A DNA stretch of 57,621 nt, counting the filler, from Blastocystis sp. subtype 4 (taxonomy: Eukaryota), in assembly GCF_000743755.1 (NCBI RefSeq). It is 2 parts of 2 records of this genome, joined end to end, with 100 filler letters (N's around TTAATTAATTAA, not from the genome) between each part and the next. Parts side by side here need not be neighbours in the genome. Positions count along the whole stretch, not along the records: positions 1 to 28,830 come from NW_014569417.1; 1 more part is not named here. One strand, written 5' to 3'. Position 1 is the first letter of the stretch. Each line of letters starts with the position of its first letter. The translations under genes were made by a program, and so were the position numbers. Shown here in pieces: positions 11,794 through 25,235 of the stretch. The notes under the pieces were generated by a model. The model was not told the origin of the DNA. It made no database searches and worked only from the letters and a program-made list of their open reading frames with translations.

Positions 11794-13888
11794 ATGAACG
11801 TGTCAAGTCATCGGATCGTCTATCTGCATGATTCCGAGTTACAGGTAGAGGATGGATTGGTTATTGAATGTAGCTTGATTTGGTCCATCTGCGCATGCTT
11901 ATATCCAGTTGTTCGAAACGAACTCAGTCTGTAAATGTTGGTTTCATTGGATCTCCACTATTATCAAGACTCTTTCTTTCATCCTTCACACTTCCTGAAG
12001 GAGAGTATTTCATTTTCGTTATCTCAATATAAGACATTCTTTAGATTCTTCTAAGAATACAGTGAGTCTGTATCTGTTTCCCTTCTTTGACAAACAATCA
12101 GATATTCTGTTCTTTGATTTTTCGAATGTTGAGACAACGAATTATTATGAAATTGTACATTATTATTCTTCTGATGATTGTAGGAGAGTCTAGATCGTTT
12201 CTGTGGAGCCATTTCTACAATTCTTGTGATTTCGTTAAAGTATGGAGTCTCTTTTGATACGATTGTCAACAAGGTGAGATGTGAACGGAGTTCTGTCTCG
12301 CTTCTCATTCTCTATTATGATGTTCCTCCTCAGGAGTGTAGTTGGTCTTATCAAAAGAGTACAAAATCGTTTCTGAATCGACTTTCGGAGGATCATCAGT
12401 TATGGATTTCTTCAAACCTTCTTTCTATTTTGGTTGTTGATATTCCACCGTTAGTGTTAGCTCGACTGGGAGATGGCTGCCCTCGTACCTATATGGAGCA
12501 GTCAGTCATTGCCTTTCGTTCACTCATTCAAACTCTTCCGAATAATAGTTTGATTCCAACACATCGATTTCTGTCTCAGCTACCATTTATCCTACAGAAT
12601 CTGAAGAAGGGTCTATCTATAACTCAGCCCGAGATTCTTAGGGAAGTCGCAAAATCGTTACAAATACCGTCAGGACATATTCGAAGTATCTTCCGCTCCT
12701 TGTGGCGTGTCTTGTGTCCAGAACCCTCTCTATCATTGTCGCATCCAGTGTTTGGAGATGACTATTATTTGCGCGTTCAAGAACGATGCGATTTGTGTGA
12801 GTTGGTAGTCATTCTGTATGTAGCGGCTCGATTGCGGCATTGTTGGTTTGAAGCTCTTCCAATTACTGAAGTTGAATTCTGTGGCTATGTTAATTATAGT
12901 GGAGAAAGTGTTTGAAAGATTGTTCCAAGGTCTTATTCAATGAGATTGAATCTGTTTCTCCATGCAAAGCAATCCTTCGAATCGATCGAGAGAATAAAGA
13001 ATATGGAATTCTCGAGGTTCAGAATCGAGATTTCTTCTGTCGGAGTGAACAGTTGAATCGAATGCATGAATCTAGCTTTGAGATCATATATAGTGAATAT
13101 CTACCATGCATTTGCAATTATCAGAATCATGATCAACATCATAGTGTTTTTCCTGTTATTCATTCGTTGTTTTCATGAACTTTCGTAATGAATAGAAATT
13201 GGTTCCGAACAAAGGACGACTTCAGCTGGAGTGGAGAATTCACTGGTGACTTTCTATCTCATCTCTCGCATTTGGAATTTTTTGAACGAGTTGAAAGTGA
13301 AACAAAGCGACCTGACAACGAGCGCTTGTATCAATTAGTGTATTTGGCGAAGCAACATTGTACGGCTCGTCAATCGATTTCTGTATCATTTTCTTCTTGT
13401 TTATTCTGTAGGTGTGCAACGAAGAGCAAATCCCCTCGCTGCAATCCCAAACTCCCAATGCGCTGTTTATTCCATTTTGCTTGCTCTGTTTCCAGCCAAT
13501 TCGAGGGATTGAACCTGTTTCGATGAACTCGCAATCGGCGTGGTCAGTTGGTGGCAATCCTCACAACGAAGAGTACAGTCACTTTCAGGGCGATTGGATG
13601 CTTCAGAAGATTTATTTCGTTGAATGCATGAATTGTACACGTCATTCGATGAAACTTTACTCCAAACGAGCCGATGTGTTTTCTATTGATGGAGTGCCAT
13701 CTTCATTTATTTCGACGTTTTCTTGTATTCCACTCTGTCCACTGTGTTGTCGAGTTCTCCAATATGAGTCTTTAACGGATTCTTCGAAACATGTGCCTGT
13801 AGTTGCGGATTCTTCTCATCGACGAATGGCTGCTTTGAGTGGGTATATGACACGAAGAGTAATTCTCTTGGTGAGTGATGATAACTAG
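11794..13888 (+). CDS. Hypothetical multi-exon protein with C-terminal Cys clusters (CLLC, CMNC, CPLC)
   Basis: Consecutive plus-strand ORFs separated by ~30-nt GT-AG introns; 3' end uncertain. Confidence 0.55.
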
Positions 13889-13995
13889 TTGGACGAAGTC
13901 GAGCGGAAGAGACAGTGGTCACTGGTTAAGAACTAAATTCTCTTTATGTATATGGGTTTTTGTGAGTCTGTTTCTTGGTAACCTGAAAAAAGGAT

Positions 13996-14657
13996 ATGGA
14001 GGATTTGAGGTACATATCAAAGACAATTTGGTTTGAATGTTTGCTGTCAGTCCGGCAGCCGAAATAGCAATAAATATGGCTATAGAGCTGGCCAAAATGA
14101 ACGAAACAATTCATGTCCTTCCTTCGTTCATTCAATATGTGAAGGACAAGTATCAGGACTTCCCAGCGGACTATGAGAATTCAAGTCATTTGCAACGACA
14201 TTCTACAGGTTTATTGGAAAGGAAACTGGTTAATTACTTGATTCAACTAGCAGCATTTAAATGCTCCCAATTCAACTGCCAAATTGCATCTCAAGTGATG
14301 GTACTACTGGGTTACGAGAGTTATCAGATCCGCTCCCATCGTTTCCGTCAGAAAGTGGAGAATTATTTGCGAAAACAACGGAAAACTGGAGGAGGTGTCC
14401 CTCCATCGTCAAGGGCTACTTCGAAAAAGAAACAGACTATGGATGAACCATCATCTGTCGCTTCAAAAACCGATACTGCTTCTACAGGCAGTGGAAGTAC
14501 GGACGAAGATATAGCCGAACCGTTATATCCCCATTTTCGAGGTCAAACAGAAAAGCCAACGCGTTGTAGGTGTTTGGATGAGTTTTGAGCCACATAGATC
14601 GCTTTTAGTCCATTGATGTGCGTCTTGATTGTGTTGTGTTTACTGTGGTTATTCTGA
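13996..14657 (+). CDS. Hypothetical protein, possibly with a C-terminal hydrophobic anchor
   Basis: MEDL|SPAAEIA then the 183-aa ORF; last exon could give PLMCVLIVLCLLWLF* just before TGTTTGTA. Confidence 0.5.
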
Positions 14658-14668
14658 GTTATTTATTC

Positions 14669-14683
14669 TGTTTGTATCAAACA
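14669..14683. terminator. Bidirectional GU-rich polyadenylation element (one mismatch)
   Basis: TGTTTGT-A-TCAAACA between convergent genes. Confidence 0.75.
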
Positions 14684-14687
14684 CAAC

Positions 14688-15883
14688 AGATTACAGCAGT
14701 AAAGGAATCAAGAATGTTTCGACAGATTGTTTGACGACTTTCCATCTTGATATCCGCGAAATAGCGAAGTCGCACTTGGGTTGCCACTATCGGAATTAGT
14801 GTTCTCACTGTAATTATTTCTCAATATGCTTACTCGATGTGGCGAGGTAACACAAATGTCTTTCCATCGATCAAGGCAGAAAGACATGCTGTTGTGATGA
14901 AGAAGTTGAGCGAATTCCGAGGTGAGAAGGAAACAACCATCGGATGTTGACGGATTGCCACTATCAATTCTACAATTCGTTGTCTTATGTCCAAGCTCAT
15001 ATAGATCCTAGGAACATTCATCTAGGCTTCATCTCCTTCAATGTTGTATACCTTAATTTCTCTCAGCTCATCAACACTCAACCGCAAATACATGTTTCTA
15101 CGATGGAATCCAAATCTAGTGCATACCGCTTCAGTTCCTCTTCGTCTTTGTCACATGAAAGGCCGTTGTTCAGATCTTCTGTTAGCTTGGCTTGAATCTC
15201 TACAAGCCCAAGAAGATCCCAAATCGTTGACATAGACTCATCTGTGATTGTCAATGGAATACTAATATGAAAGAGATTGAGGTAAAGAGGATCCACACAA
15301 CATGGATACGACAGTACAGTCATTCCTTCCGAACATCTAGTTGTAAGAGAATTCAACGTTTCAAAACGGATAGGTATACACTGCATATCGAACAGCAACA
15401 ATGCAACAGAATAGGCGCTCTTGAGAGACCCTGGGCAAACTCTGTCAGTTAAAAATATACTCTATATATACATTGTAGAAGTAGGACTGAACTGGACTAG
15501 AAGCCGCGCTGAGATTGTAGGCAATCAGCACTGAACACTTGCCATGACTGATTTGGCTTTACCATAAGTATAAAAAATCATTCTTACTCTGTAACTCTCT
15601 GCACTTCTTCAATGGTTGTTGCAGTTGTAAAACAAATGGATTTGATCAATGCACCCTTGATCACAGCAGTTACAGCTCTTTCCAGAATACGTGCTGTCTG
15701 ATGAGCCAAGTCTGAAGACATGTAGTCATTTGCGATTTTATCATCTGGAAAGTGCATCTCAAGAAGGATATGACTTCCCATAACCATGGATTGAATCAAA
15801 CTCCACTGAAAGTTACATCGCGTATACAGATCGCCATTCTCCAAATATTCTTGAAGGTCGCCCTGAAATAAGTCATCCTCCAT
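14688..15883 (-). CDS. Protein with a ChlI/MoxR-type AAA lid domain (Mtc2-like, ATPase degenerate); stop probably made by polyadenylation
   Basis: VPRIYMSLDIRQRIVELIVAIRQHP...SPRNS...ALIDGKTFVLPRHIE; ends FTAVI then T|GTTG TGTTTGAT; no Walker A seen. Confidence 0.55.
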
Positions 15884-15959
15884 TGAATTTGGACGATGAA
15901 AACAGAATCAATAGTTTGTTGGTTCCTCGTTCAAATATCGGGAAACTGATTTCTATTTC

Positions 15960-17885
15960 ATGTTGTCCCTTTCTATCAGACGATCAGTACGATCTGTGAC
16001 TGGCTTACGATGGATGTCTTGTTTCGTTTCTTTTGTTTGAATAAGTGATATATAGCGTCAGTCAACTGATCCGATGGTAAAAACAATTGATACCAAAGTA
16101 TGTACTCCAATCTATTACGTGAATGGAGAACCTCATATTGGTCACATGTATTACTGATTAATGGAAAGTGATTCATAGTTATAGCACAACGTTTGCTGAT
16201 GCCATTGCTCGTTGGGAGAATGTTAAGGGATATTCTTCGTATCTGACAACTGGAACCGATGAGCATGGTCAAAAGGTACAGAAAGAGGCTGATAAACAGC
16301 ATGTTGCAGTTCAAGCGTATTGCGACAATATCGCTATCAAATTCAAGGAAGAGTTAAGTCACTATTCTCTGAATATCGACCGATTTATTCGAACTACAGA
16401 TGAGGACCACATTTCAACTGTAAAAGAGGTATGGAAATGTTTGATGGACAACGGCGATCTCTATGAAGATACTTACCGAGGATACTATTGTCGATCGGAT
16501 GAAGCCTTCCTCACTCCTTCTCAAGTTTATGAACGTAATGGATCCTTTGTAGGTCAAGATTCCTGGTTTCACTTATAGTTCTGCAAAGAGAATGGGAATG
16601 TCGCCGAACTCGTTGAGGAAAGGAACTGGATGTTTCGCCTCCAGAAATACAAATCCCGATTACTCGAATTCCTTCGTACCAACCCACAATGGGTAGTTGT
16701 TCCTTCGACTCTGTATTGTAGATTACGCCTTCCTATTTTCAAAATGATGTTATTCGTATAATTGAAGAGAGTTCACCAGATTTGAGTGTGAGTCGTCCTT
16801 TATCCCGTGTTCCTTGGGCCATTCCGATAGGAGGTATCTCTCTCATAATCCTTTCATGTAGATGGAAATGGAATCTATGTGTGGATTGACGCTCTTTCTA
16901 ATTATGTTACTACTAATCATGGATTGTGCTTTCATCATGTGAATCATGTTTTTGGAAAGGATATTCTAAAATTCCATGGTTATTATTATCCTTGTTTGCT
17001 AATGGCATTGAGTAAGTGTGTAGATTTATGTTGTTTCTTAGATCTCCCTCTTCCAACGAAAATGATATGTCACAACCATTGGACGATCAACGGAACGAAG
17101 ATTAGTAAGAGTAAAGGGAACTTTATCCCGCTTCGTTCCATACGTGAATATGTTGCAATAAGAAATGACATTGAACTATAGATTCCAGGTGAAATGCTTC
17201 GCGCTTTCCTTTTAACGGAAAACACACTCATTCGAGATGGTGATTTTTCTCTGGAGCGTGTGTTGGGGCGAGCCAATGAATTTTCAGATATCTATGGAAA
17301 CTTGGTTACGCGTTCATTAAGCAAGAATATTGCTGGACCTGTTGTGGACAATTCGTTATTCCAACCCGTTGAATTGGGTTCGAATAGTCGTTTGGATAGT
17401 CTTGTTAAAGCGGTTACAAAGGAGTATGATGCCTGCTCTTTCTCGGAAGGATTTGAATTGATAATGAAAGAACTTCGTCAGGTAAGCATTCTCCTACTCT
17501 TTCACTTTAAGATGAATCAGTTCTTTAATGATTCGCATCCATGGACAATGGCTAAGGCTATGAAGCAGGGAAATGAATCTGAATTGCAACCTCTTACAGC
17601 GATTTTGTAGGTCGTGTATCTGGATTGTGAGTTAGGAACGAAGTATGGAATTCGTTACGTGTTTGCTCCATCTTGTTGCAGCCAATCATTCCTTCCTGTA
17701 GTTCTATTCTCTTCCTTCTATTCATAGATTCCAGCAAGGCCCTTTCTATCCTTCAGATGCATTCAGATGAGTCCTTGGTTCCATTGTCTCGTCTCTCTGA
17801 CCCGGTGGGTGTAATGAAATGTAGTTCAGAACGTTTGTTTAGGAAGTTATCAAAAGAAGAAGAAGGACAATTTCTTCAGCTGTGA
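15960..17885 (+). CDS. MARS2: Mitochondrial-type methionyl-tRNA synthetase
   Basis: Arg-rich presequence MLSLSIRRSVR; TPIYYVNGEPHIGH, TGTDEHGQKV, YVWIDALSNY, GKDILKFH, KISKSKGN. Confidence 0.93.
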
Positions 17886-18029
17886 ATGTTGAGATGATAG
17901 AATTCTTGTTTATTTACGATACAATAAGAGAACCATGTTCCATTTCTTGTTCCACGGGAATTGGCATAATCTAGCGGAATAGTAAAACATTTCGCTTTTT
18001 CTATCTTTGCTAGAATACTGAGCGAATAA

Positions 18030-21000
18030 ATGTCGAATCGTTTTGTCATTGCTCTATTAATAGCTGCATCGATTGGTTCTATCTTGGGGTCATTGCATAA
18101 CGTTTAGGTACGGCTATCAGTTGTTCCAGCAATCAGTATGCCATAGAGCTCCACCGAGTGTATGGCGCGAATGCTGAAAACGAAAAATTGGAAATTTGGA
18201 TGGAGAACTCTGTTGTGGGCCAAAAGGTTCACACTGCTGATGGATCGGGTCGTACCTACCAGGAAGTGGTCTCCTCCTTCTGTTGGGCGGAAAATACGTA
18301 TGTTTTTACGTTGACATCCTCGTATTCTCTACTTGTTGTGGTTTTATCGTAGAGTGGCTTCTGGATGGGCTGAGTCATCTTATTTCTACGTCCTTGTCCA
18401 GGGAGTGGAGTACCTACGTGGAACCCTTTCTGGTCTTCCTCGTAAGGAGCTTACACTGTATCGTAAAAGCAAATTGGAACAGTGATGTGTAGTGAGATAT
18501 ATGATCCCTGCTGCTTCTCTGTGGAGATATACCAATGTTGATCCTCAGAATCCGGGCTGGACTCAGAGTCTTCCTGCTTGGTCATCCTACAATACTGGAA
18601 GTTTTCCCGCTGTCTCAAGTACTCGTTATTTCGTCCAGTCTGTGACGATCTCAACTGCCTTCCAGTCGCAACCAATTCTTGAGGTGGATGTTTACACACA
18701 TGAGGGTTTTATTCTGTATGTCAATGGAGTTGAAGTGAATCGTTTCAATCTTCCTACGTAAGAGTTGACTCTCATGACTAATCATTAGAGCAGGTGTGAA
18801 TCACAATACTCAATGTATCGAGACACTCCAAGTACCTGTCTGGAAGCGTGTAACCTTGATCGGAAGTTCGTATTTGAAAGGTTCATCTCTTCTCGTTGCT
18901 GTGGAAGTGCATCCTGGTGCAACTACAGGAGGAGCAGAAGACTTCCAAGCTATTGTCATTCCTATTGCTCAGGGTAGGTCGTATCATGTGCCCTTGAATC
19001 ACAGAAGAAATGAATCGAATGGTTGATGTCACAGTGACAAGCAATATTGAAACGATCACTAGTGATCAGTTGGTCTATGTTCATGATGGGCTCTCTTCTA
19101 CATATCTGACTGCTTCTGTACCTTCCACTCAATCTCTCATTCTAACCTTCACATTGAACAATGATCGTCGTGATTGGGTTAATAATTACTCGATCCAATC
19201 TGCTGGTTCTAATACTGCTGCTGATCCTCGTGAATGGAGTTTCAGTGGTAGTAATGATGGTACAACATGGGTGTTGCTGGATTATCGTACGAATGAGATG
19301 TTTACTGCACGCCAACAACGTCGTGTCTTCCCTCTAACTGGAAACAGAAACTCATTTAAGATGTTCCGTTTGGAGATTGGTAGGATGCTGATAAGGAAGG
19401 TGATGAATAGTGGCTCGTCTGGATGATGATGCTGATGTGATTCAGATCGGTGATGTGACAATTTTCCCAGTGACAGAAACCACGACAGATCCTGTCTCAC
19501 TGACCTATGGTACTTTGAAGACGTATTATGTTGGAGTTGATGAGAGTTTGGAGTTGAAGCCTGTCTATCCTGGGTATCATTCCTTCTCGATCATTCCTGA
19601 TCTCCCTGAGGGTCTTACCTTTAACAACCGAAGCGGTACAATCACTGGTTCCATTACGAAGGATGTGGTGAATTCCACAGTATATTCTGTGAATGCTACT
19701 TACTCACTCACTGAAGTACCTGAGACTACTACATTCACTTTGACAATTGAAGGTAGGATTCATGTTGTCATGTAATCAACAGACTGTAACCGAGACACTC
19801 ATATTCTGATGGAACTCTGGAAGTATAATGTTGCTGGATCAGGCACAGATCAAGTGATTCTCATTCAATCAGGAGTCCAAGTTGATAGTTTTGTGGGTAG
19901 TGACAGCGTATCAACTGATATTCACCGATACTGCATTCAGAAGGGAAATTATGAATTGCAACTGAAGAAGCTTTATGGATATGGTTGGACTAGTGGCTCT
20001 GCTGTGGAAATCTATCTATTTGATGTAAATGATGAACGTGTTTTCATTGGACGCAAGACTCTCCGTGATCTTCCTACGGAATTGGTTCCCTTCTCTGCTT
20101 CATTCATTCTTCCTGATAACACTCGAGATTGGTACGTGTTTACAGGTGAAGGCGAGCCCGAATCGAACTGGATGACTGGAGGTTCAACTTCAGCTGATTG
20201 GCAGTCCTATCGTTTGGTCGATGGAAAGGGACCTGCTGTGGATCGTCCTGTGTGGTTCATTCGTCAAGAGGTAACAGTCAACGGTATGCCTACAGATGCT
20301 CATTCTTACGAGCTGTCATTCTACTGCCGTGCTGGTGTGGTTGTGTACATTAACAACAAGGAAGTCTATCGTGTGAATGTCGAGGATAATCCTGTGACTT
20401 CTAATAGTACGATCACAGGAGGAGCTGTGATTCCTTACTGGCATCATGTGACTGGTCTTCGTTCTGACTGGAACTCAGGTTCAAACCATTTGGCCTTTGC
20501 TATTGTGAACACTCCTGCGAATCGTAATATCACGATTGATCTGAAGGCTCGTTTGCATATCAGTACATCCACTGCGAAGATCCCACGTACACATGGTATA
20601 GTGGCGGATGCTTCAAGTGTTCGTACTGGTTATCCCGCTAGTAATCTATTTGATGATGATTATAGTACTCGAGTGGTCACTCCTCGTGCCTTGGAAGAGA
20701 ATTCCACAGTGTATTGGGGTTTCCATTTTGAAGATGATGCTGCTGAGTTGATTAATGTTTACTGTCTGGTGACAAATGATGCTGCTGCTCGTTATGATCC
20801 AATCAAATGGTCAATGTACGCCTCAAATACAGGAGGTGAAGATGCCTCTGAATGGACACTGCTTCATTCTATAGAATACGTGAAATGGACAATGCGTGGC
20901 CAACCGGGATGTTACTACATTCCTGCTCTAACTCAAGCTTATCGTTACTATCGACTGATGCTTGAGGAGAACTCAGGTCAGGTTCCAGATAACATGTATA

Positions 21001-24000
21001 GTCTGGGTGAACTCACTCTCTACACTGTCTATATTCAGTCAATTGCTGACGCTGATCTGGTGTACACACCTACTTCACTCACCTGCTACTTTGGTGTGCC
21101 AATGACTTCCTTGCAGCCTATGTTGCCTAATTTCTCCCAGTGTCGTGTATCTCCAGATCTTCCCACGGGAATCTCAATAGATGCAACCACAGGTGTAATC
21201 TCGGGTACTCCAGTGGCTGCAGTGGCAATGACCACGTACACAGTAACGTGTATCAATCAACGTGGTACTTCTCGTTCGACTACAATAAGTCTGACAGTAA
21301 CTGAGTGTGCTGCTCCTTCTGCTCCATTCCACGTCTATATTCCCAACGTGGGTATGTTTGGAGAGAATATGCAGTTGGAGGTTGTCTCTGGAAGTACTAC
21401 TGTCACAGCTTTCTCTTCCTTCACTAATTACAATACTCATTATGTAACCATCTGTTCAGAGCCTAAACCCTATACCATCACACTAAAACAGAACAAGGGA
21501 TATGGATATGGAGATCGGTATGTTGCAGTATTACTGGAGGATAATCGTGAACTATTCCGTATGTCTGTTAGCAGTGATACTGTCACATCCCACGAGTTCT
21601 TCCCATTCTATACACTGGATGCTTCTACAAGCTGGCGTTATCAATATGGTTTGCAGCCTCAGGAGAATTGGCAGAACAACAATGGTACCGACACATGGTC
21701 TGTAGCCAAGACAAGTGAGTTGCCTGCTACTGACACTATTGCTCAGTACTACACAACCACCTTCACTTTGGACAATCCCAATCAGTATGTTGCTGTGGAG
21801 ACGCAGCTACGACAACAGGCAGGTGTAATCGTGACACTCAATGGTTACACGCTTATGTACAGTAATATTCCCGTGGGAACTGTCACAAACACCACGTATG
21901 CTTCTGCTCAGTACGCTGTTGCTCAGACACGTAAGAACAGCAATCAGAACAACAACCTATTACAAACGAATAACGTGTTAGCTGTCGAGATTCATCGAGG
22001 TAGTGCCATTCCAGCTACGAATCTGTTCCAATTGAAATTCCTCCTTCTAAAGAACAATCAACCTCGTATGGTAGAAGGTAGTGCCAGCAGTAGTATAGAA
22101 GGCACGAGTGGTCATGAGGCTTCGAAGGGAGTTGATGAGAATCCTAACACGTACTTCGAGCATACGGGTGTGTGTGAAGGAACCTCTTTGATCTGGTCCT
22201 ATACTGGAGCATTCCAACACTATATCAATACTTACAAGATAACAGCTGGTGACTACTGTGTTCATATGCTTCCTTCCTCATGGATGTTGTATGGATCACG
22301 TGATAGTGAGACATGGACACTTCTGGATGTGAAGAACAATCAAGTGTTCACAAATCAACTCACTACAATCACTTCATCGTTCTACAACGATAATAACTAT
22401 GCAATGTTCAAGCTGGAGGTCACTCATTGTCAGACTGCCACTACAACAGATTCGACATGTCCTGTTCTTGGTTTGCGTCTGAATCAACTTACATTTGGTG
22501 TGTCGGAGGTCCAGTATTCATCCATGTGTATAGCCTCGGATGGATTCCCTAGTGCGATGAGTGGTACTTATGCGTATGCTTCTTGTGATCAGCGATACAG
22601 TGGTTATCGTCGCCGTTTGTGTCAGAATGGTGTATTCCAGGGAATTGAATCCTATTGTACTGTTTCTGCTCCTTCATCATTCTCATATCCTCAAGAGGCA
22701 TACGAATTGGTTGTTGGAGAGTCTGTGGATCCAGAAATTACCCCTACGATTGTTTGTGCTGACTGTACTTTCTCTGTGACTCCTTCTCTGCCCACTGGTC
22801 TGACTCTCAACGAGAACAATGGTCATATCCTGGGAGTACCCACAGAGGTGACAGCTAGTAATTTGTATACTGTCACAGCTGCAAATCTGGCTGGTGGTTT
22901 GAATCAATTATTGACTATTCTGACAACAAATGAAACTGTCCATTGTTACCAGGATCTATTGGATGGATGGGAAAATACCCTTGTGAATACGACAGCTGTG
23001 AAGAATTGTCCAAATCTGGTTGATTACGAGGGTAATATTACTCGTACTTGTCTTCCTGGTTCTCCTGCTGTATGGGGACCTGTGATTGACAATTGTGTGT
23101 TGCAGATTCCAACAATCACTCTTGTAAACGACACATTTGAGTTTGTGAAGAATCAGCAGATCACTCCAATTGTTCCTATTGTATCAGGAGCTCAGATTAC
23201 TTCACGAACTATTAGTCCTACGCTTCCTTCAGGTCTTTATTTCAATCCACTCACTGCTTCTATCACAGGTAAGCCAACACAGAAGATCTCTGCTACTGTC
23301 TTTACAATTGTTATTCGTAACAACAATGGTCAGGCTAATGTCACTCTGACGATTACTATTACTGCTCTGACATGTCCTATGGATGATAATTGGCCTGCTA
23401 CAGATTCTGGTGATGTCGCTTATCGATCATGTCCTGAGAACATGGAAGGAGAATGGTACCGTACTTGTTCTGCTGACAATCCTCCTGTCTGGCAGACAGC
23501 TGTCCAGAATTGTCAATATATTCGTCCTATTGTTACGTATCCATCATCCACATACGCTTTGCAACTCAATCAGATGACAACTATTACACCAACCACACAG
23601 TTCTTGATTACTTCGTGGACGTTTGCTGGAACATTGCCCTCAGGGCTTTCATTCTCTTCATCGAATGGAGTGATTTCTGGAACTCCCAATCAGGTAACCT
23701 CCTTGACTTCAGTTACTGTCTCAGCCAGTAACGCTCACAAGATGACTCAGGTAACTCTGTCATTCTCTGTTCAGGTATACTCATGTCCTGCTCAGGGTAT
23801 CTGGCCTGAAACTGCTGCTGGAGAGACAGCATTGCGTGAATGTGAGAACACTTCGTTAATGGAAGGATCCCAGACTCGTCAGTGTCTCTCTACTTCAACT
23901 GGTGTATCTTGGGCTGATCCTGTCTCTTCATGCAAATACAAGGCTCCTATTCTGGTTTATCGTGATACCACGATCACAGCACGTAAGGATGAACCCATTC

Positions 24001-25169
24001 AAACTGTGACGCCAACCATTGGCAACCAGATCACATCCATCACTATCCAGCCTACGTTACCAAGTGGTCTTGCATTCCACAGCAGTTCAGGTGCTATCTC
24101 TGGTACTCCTCTGGGTCCTGCATCGAATCAGGCCTACACCGTAACAGCCAGCAACGCCGATAGTAAGACCGATGTGGTTCTTCAGATCATTGTGACTGTG
24201 GCTTCCTGCAGAGCTTCAGGTATGTGGCAAGAGACGGAGCGTGGTGAAGAGGCTTACATCTGGTGTAATGGAGCTCAGGGTATTCAGGTACGTGTGTGTG
24301 GTAATCCTGATGACGAATCTCCTGAGTGGAAGCAGGCTGATACTTCGGGCTGTGTTTCCAAGCCAGAGGATCAGAAACCTGGTGAGGGTCAGGCATACGT
24401 CCGTTTCACTCTGCAGTTGGCAGATGTGGCTTCATCTTCCTGGACTCCTTATGCCTATGCAGCCGTGCGTCGTGTCCTGGCAACTGGATTAGCAGCCCAG
24501 GGTGTTACACAAGGTGATATTATGATCGAATCGTATGGTGAAGGTTCTTTCAGCGTGTTGGCTACAGGCATGTCTCTCAAAGTGCGTATTGCTACCGGTG
24601 CTGACAACAGCGAGACACTGATAGCCGCAATTCGTACTTTTGCTTCTACTACGCTGACGACTGCTCTGCGTACTAGTGGCGTGGCAGCATTAGGAATGGC
24701 TGTGCCTACAGTTGTTGATTCATCTTTCAATGTGACGAAATATTCACTGTTCAACAGTCTCGCATCAACCTTGGTCATTCTGATTGTGATTCTGGTAGTA
24801 CTGTTCATTCTTGTGGCAGTTTTCTATTTCCTGCGCCGCAGAAAGTCAGGTAATACGAAGAAGTTGGGTCATGATCGTATGCGTCAAAATAACCGTGTTG
24901 GCACACATACAAAGCGAAGCCAGCGTGAGGAGGAGAAACCGAAGAGACGGAACCATGGTTATGAAGAGGAAGAAGACGAGAGACCAAAGAGAAAGAGTCG
25001 TACTTATGAGGATGAGGAAGAGAGACCCAGGAAGAAGAAATCAAAGCGATATGAGGAGGAAGAGGAAGAAGAAGAGAGACCGCGCAAGAAGAAGAGCAAA
25101 AGATATGAAGAGGAAGAAGAAGAAAGACCGCGTAAGAAGAAGAGCAAGAGGTATGAGGATAGTGATTAA
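18030..25169 (+). CDS. Large type I membrane protein: signal peptide, F5/8C/galactose-binding-like domains, He_PIG Ig repeats, five HRM-like Cys modules, SEA-like domain, TM helix, charged tail
   Basis: MSNRFVIALLIAASIG; repeated P..W...GS.D...W.LL and LPxGLxxxxxxGxIxGxP; TM LVILIVILVVLFILVAVFYFL at 24771-24833; final exon 19783-25169. Confidence 0.85.
24960..25160 (+). repeat. Coding tandem repeat in the cytoplasmic tail, unit YE(E/D)nRPRKKKSKR, about 4 copies
   Basis: Recurring GAAGAGAGACC...AAGAAGAA...TATGAGGA units differing in Glu run length. Confidence 0.9.
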
Positions 25170-25235
25170 TCCACTGTCGTATTTTGCATTCTGCTGATGT
25201 TATGAGTGTGTTTGTTAAGTATTTCCTCCGTACAG

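Noticed and set aside
24960..25160. Repeat array as CRISPR-like or satellite DNA
   Set aside because: In-frame coding repeat with synonymous variation and no unique spacers, in a eukaryotic gene
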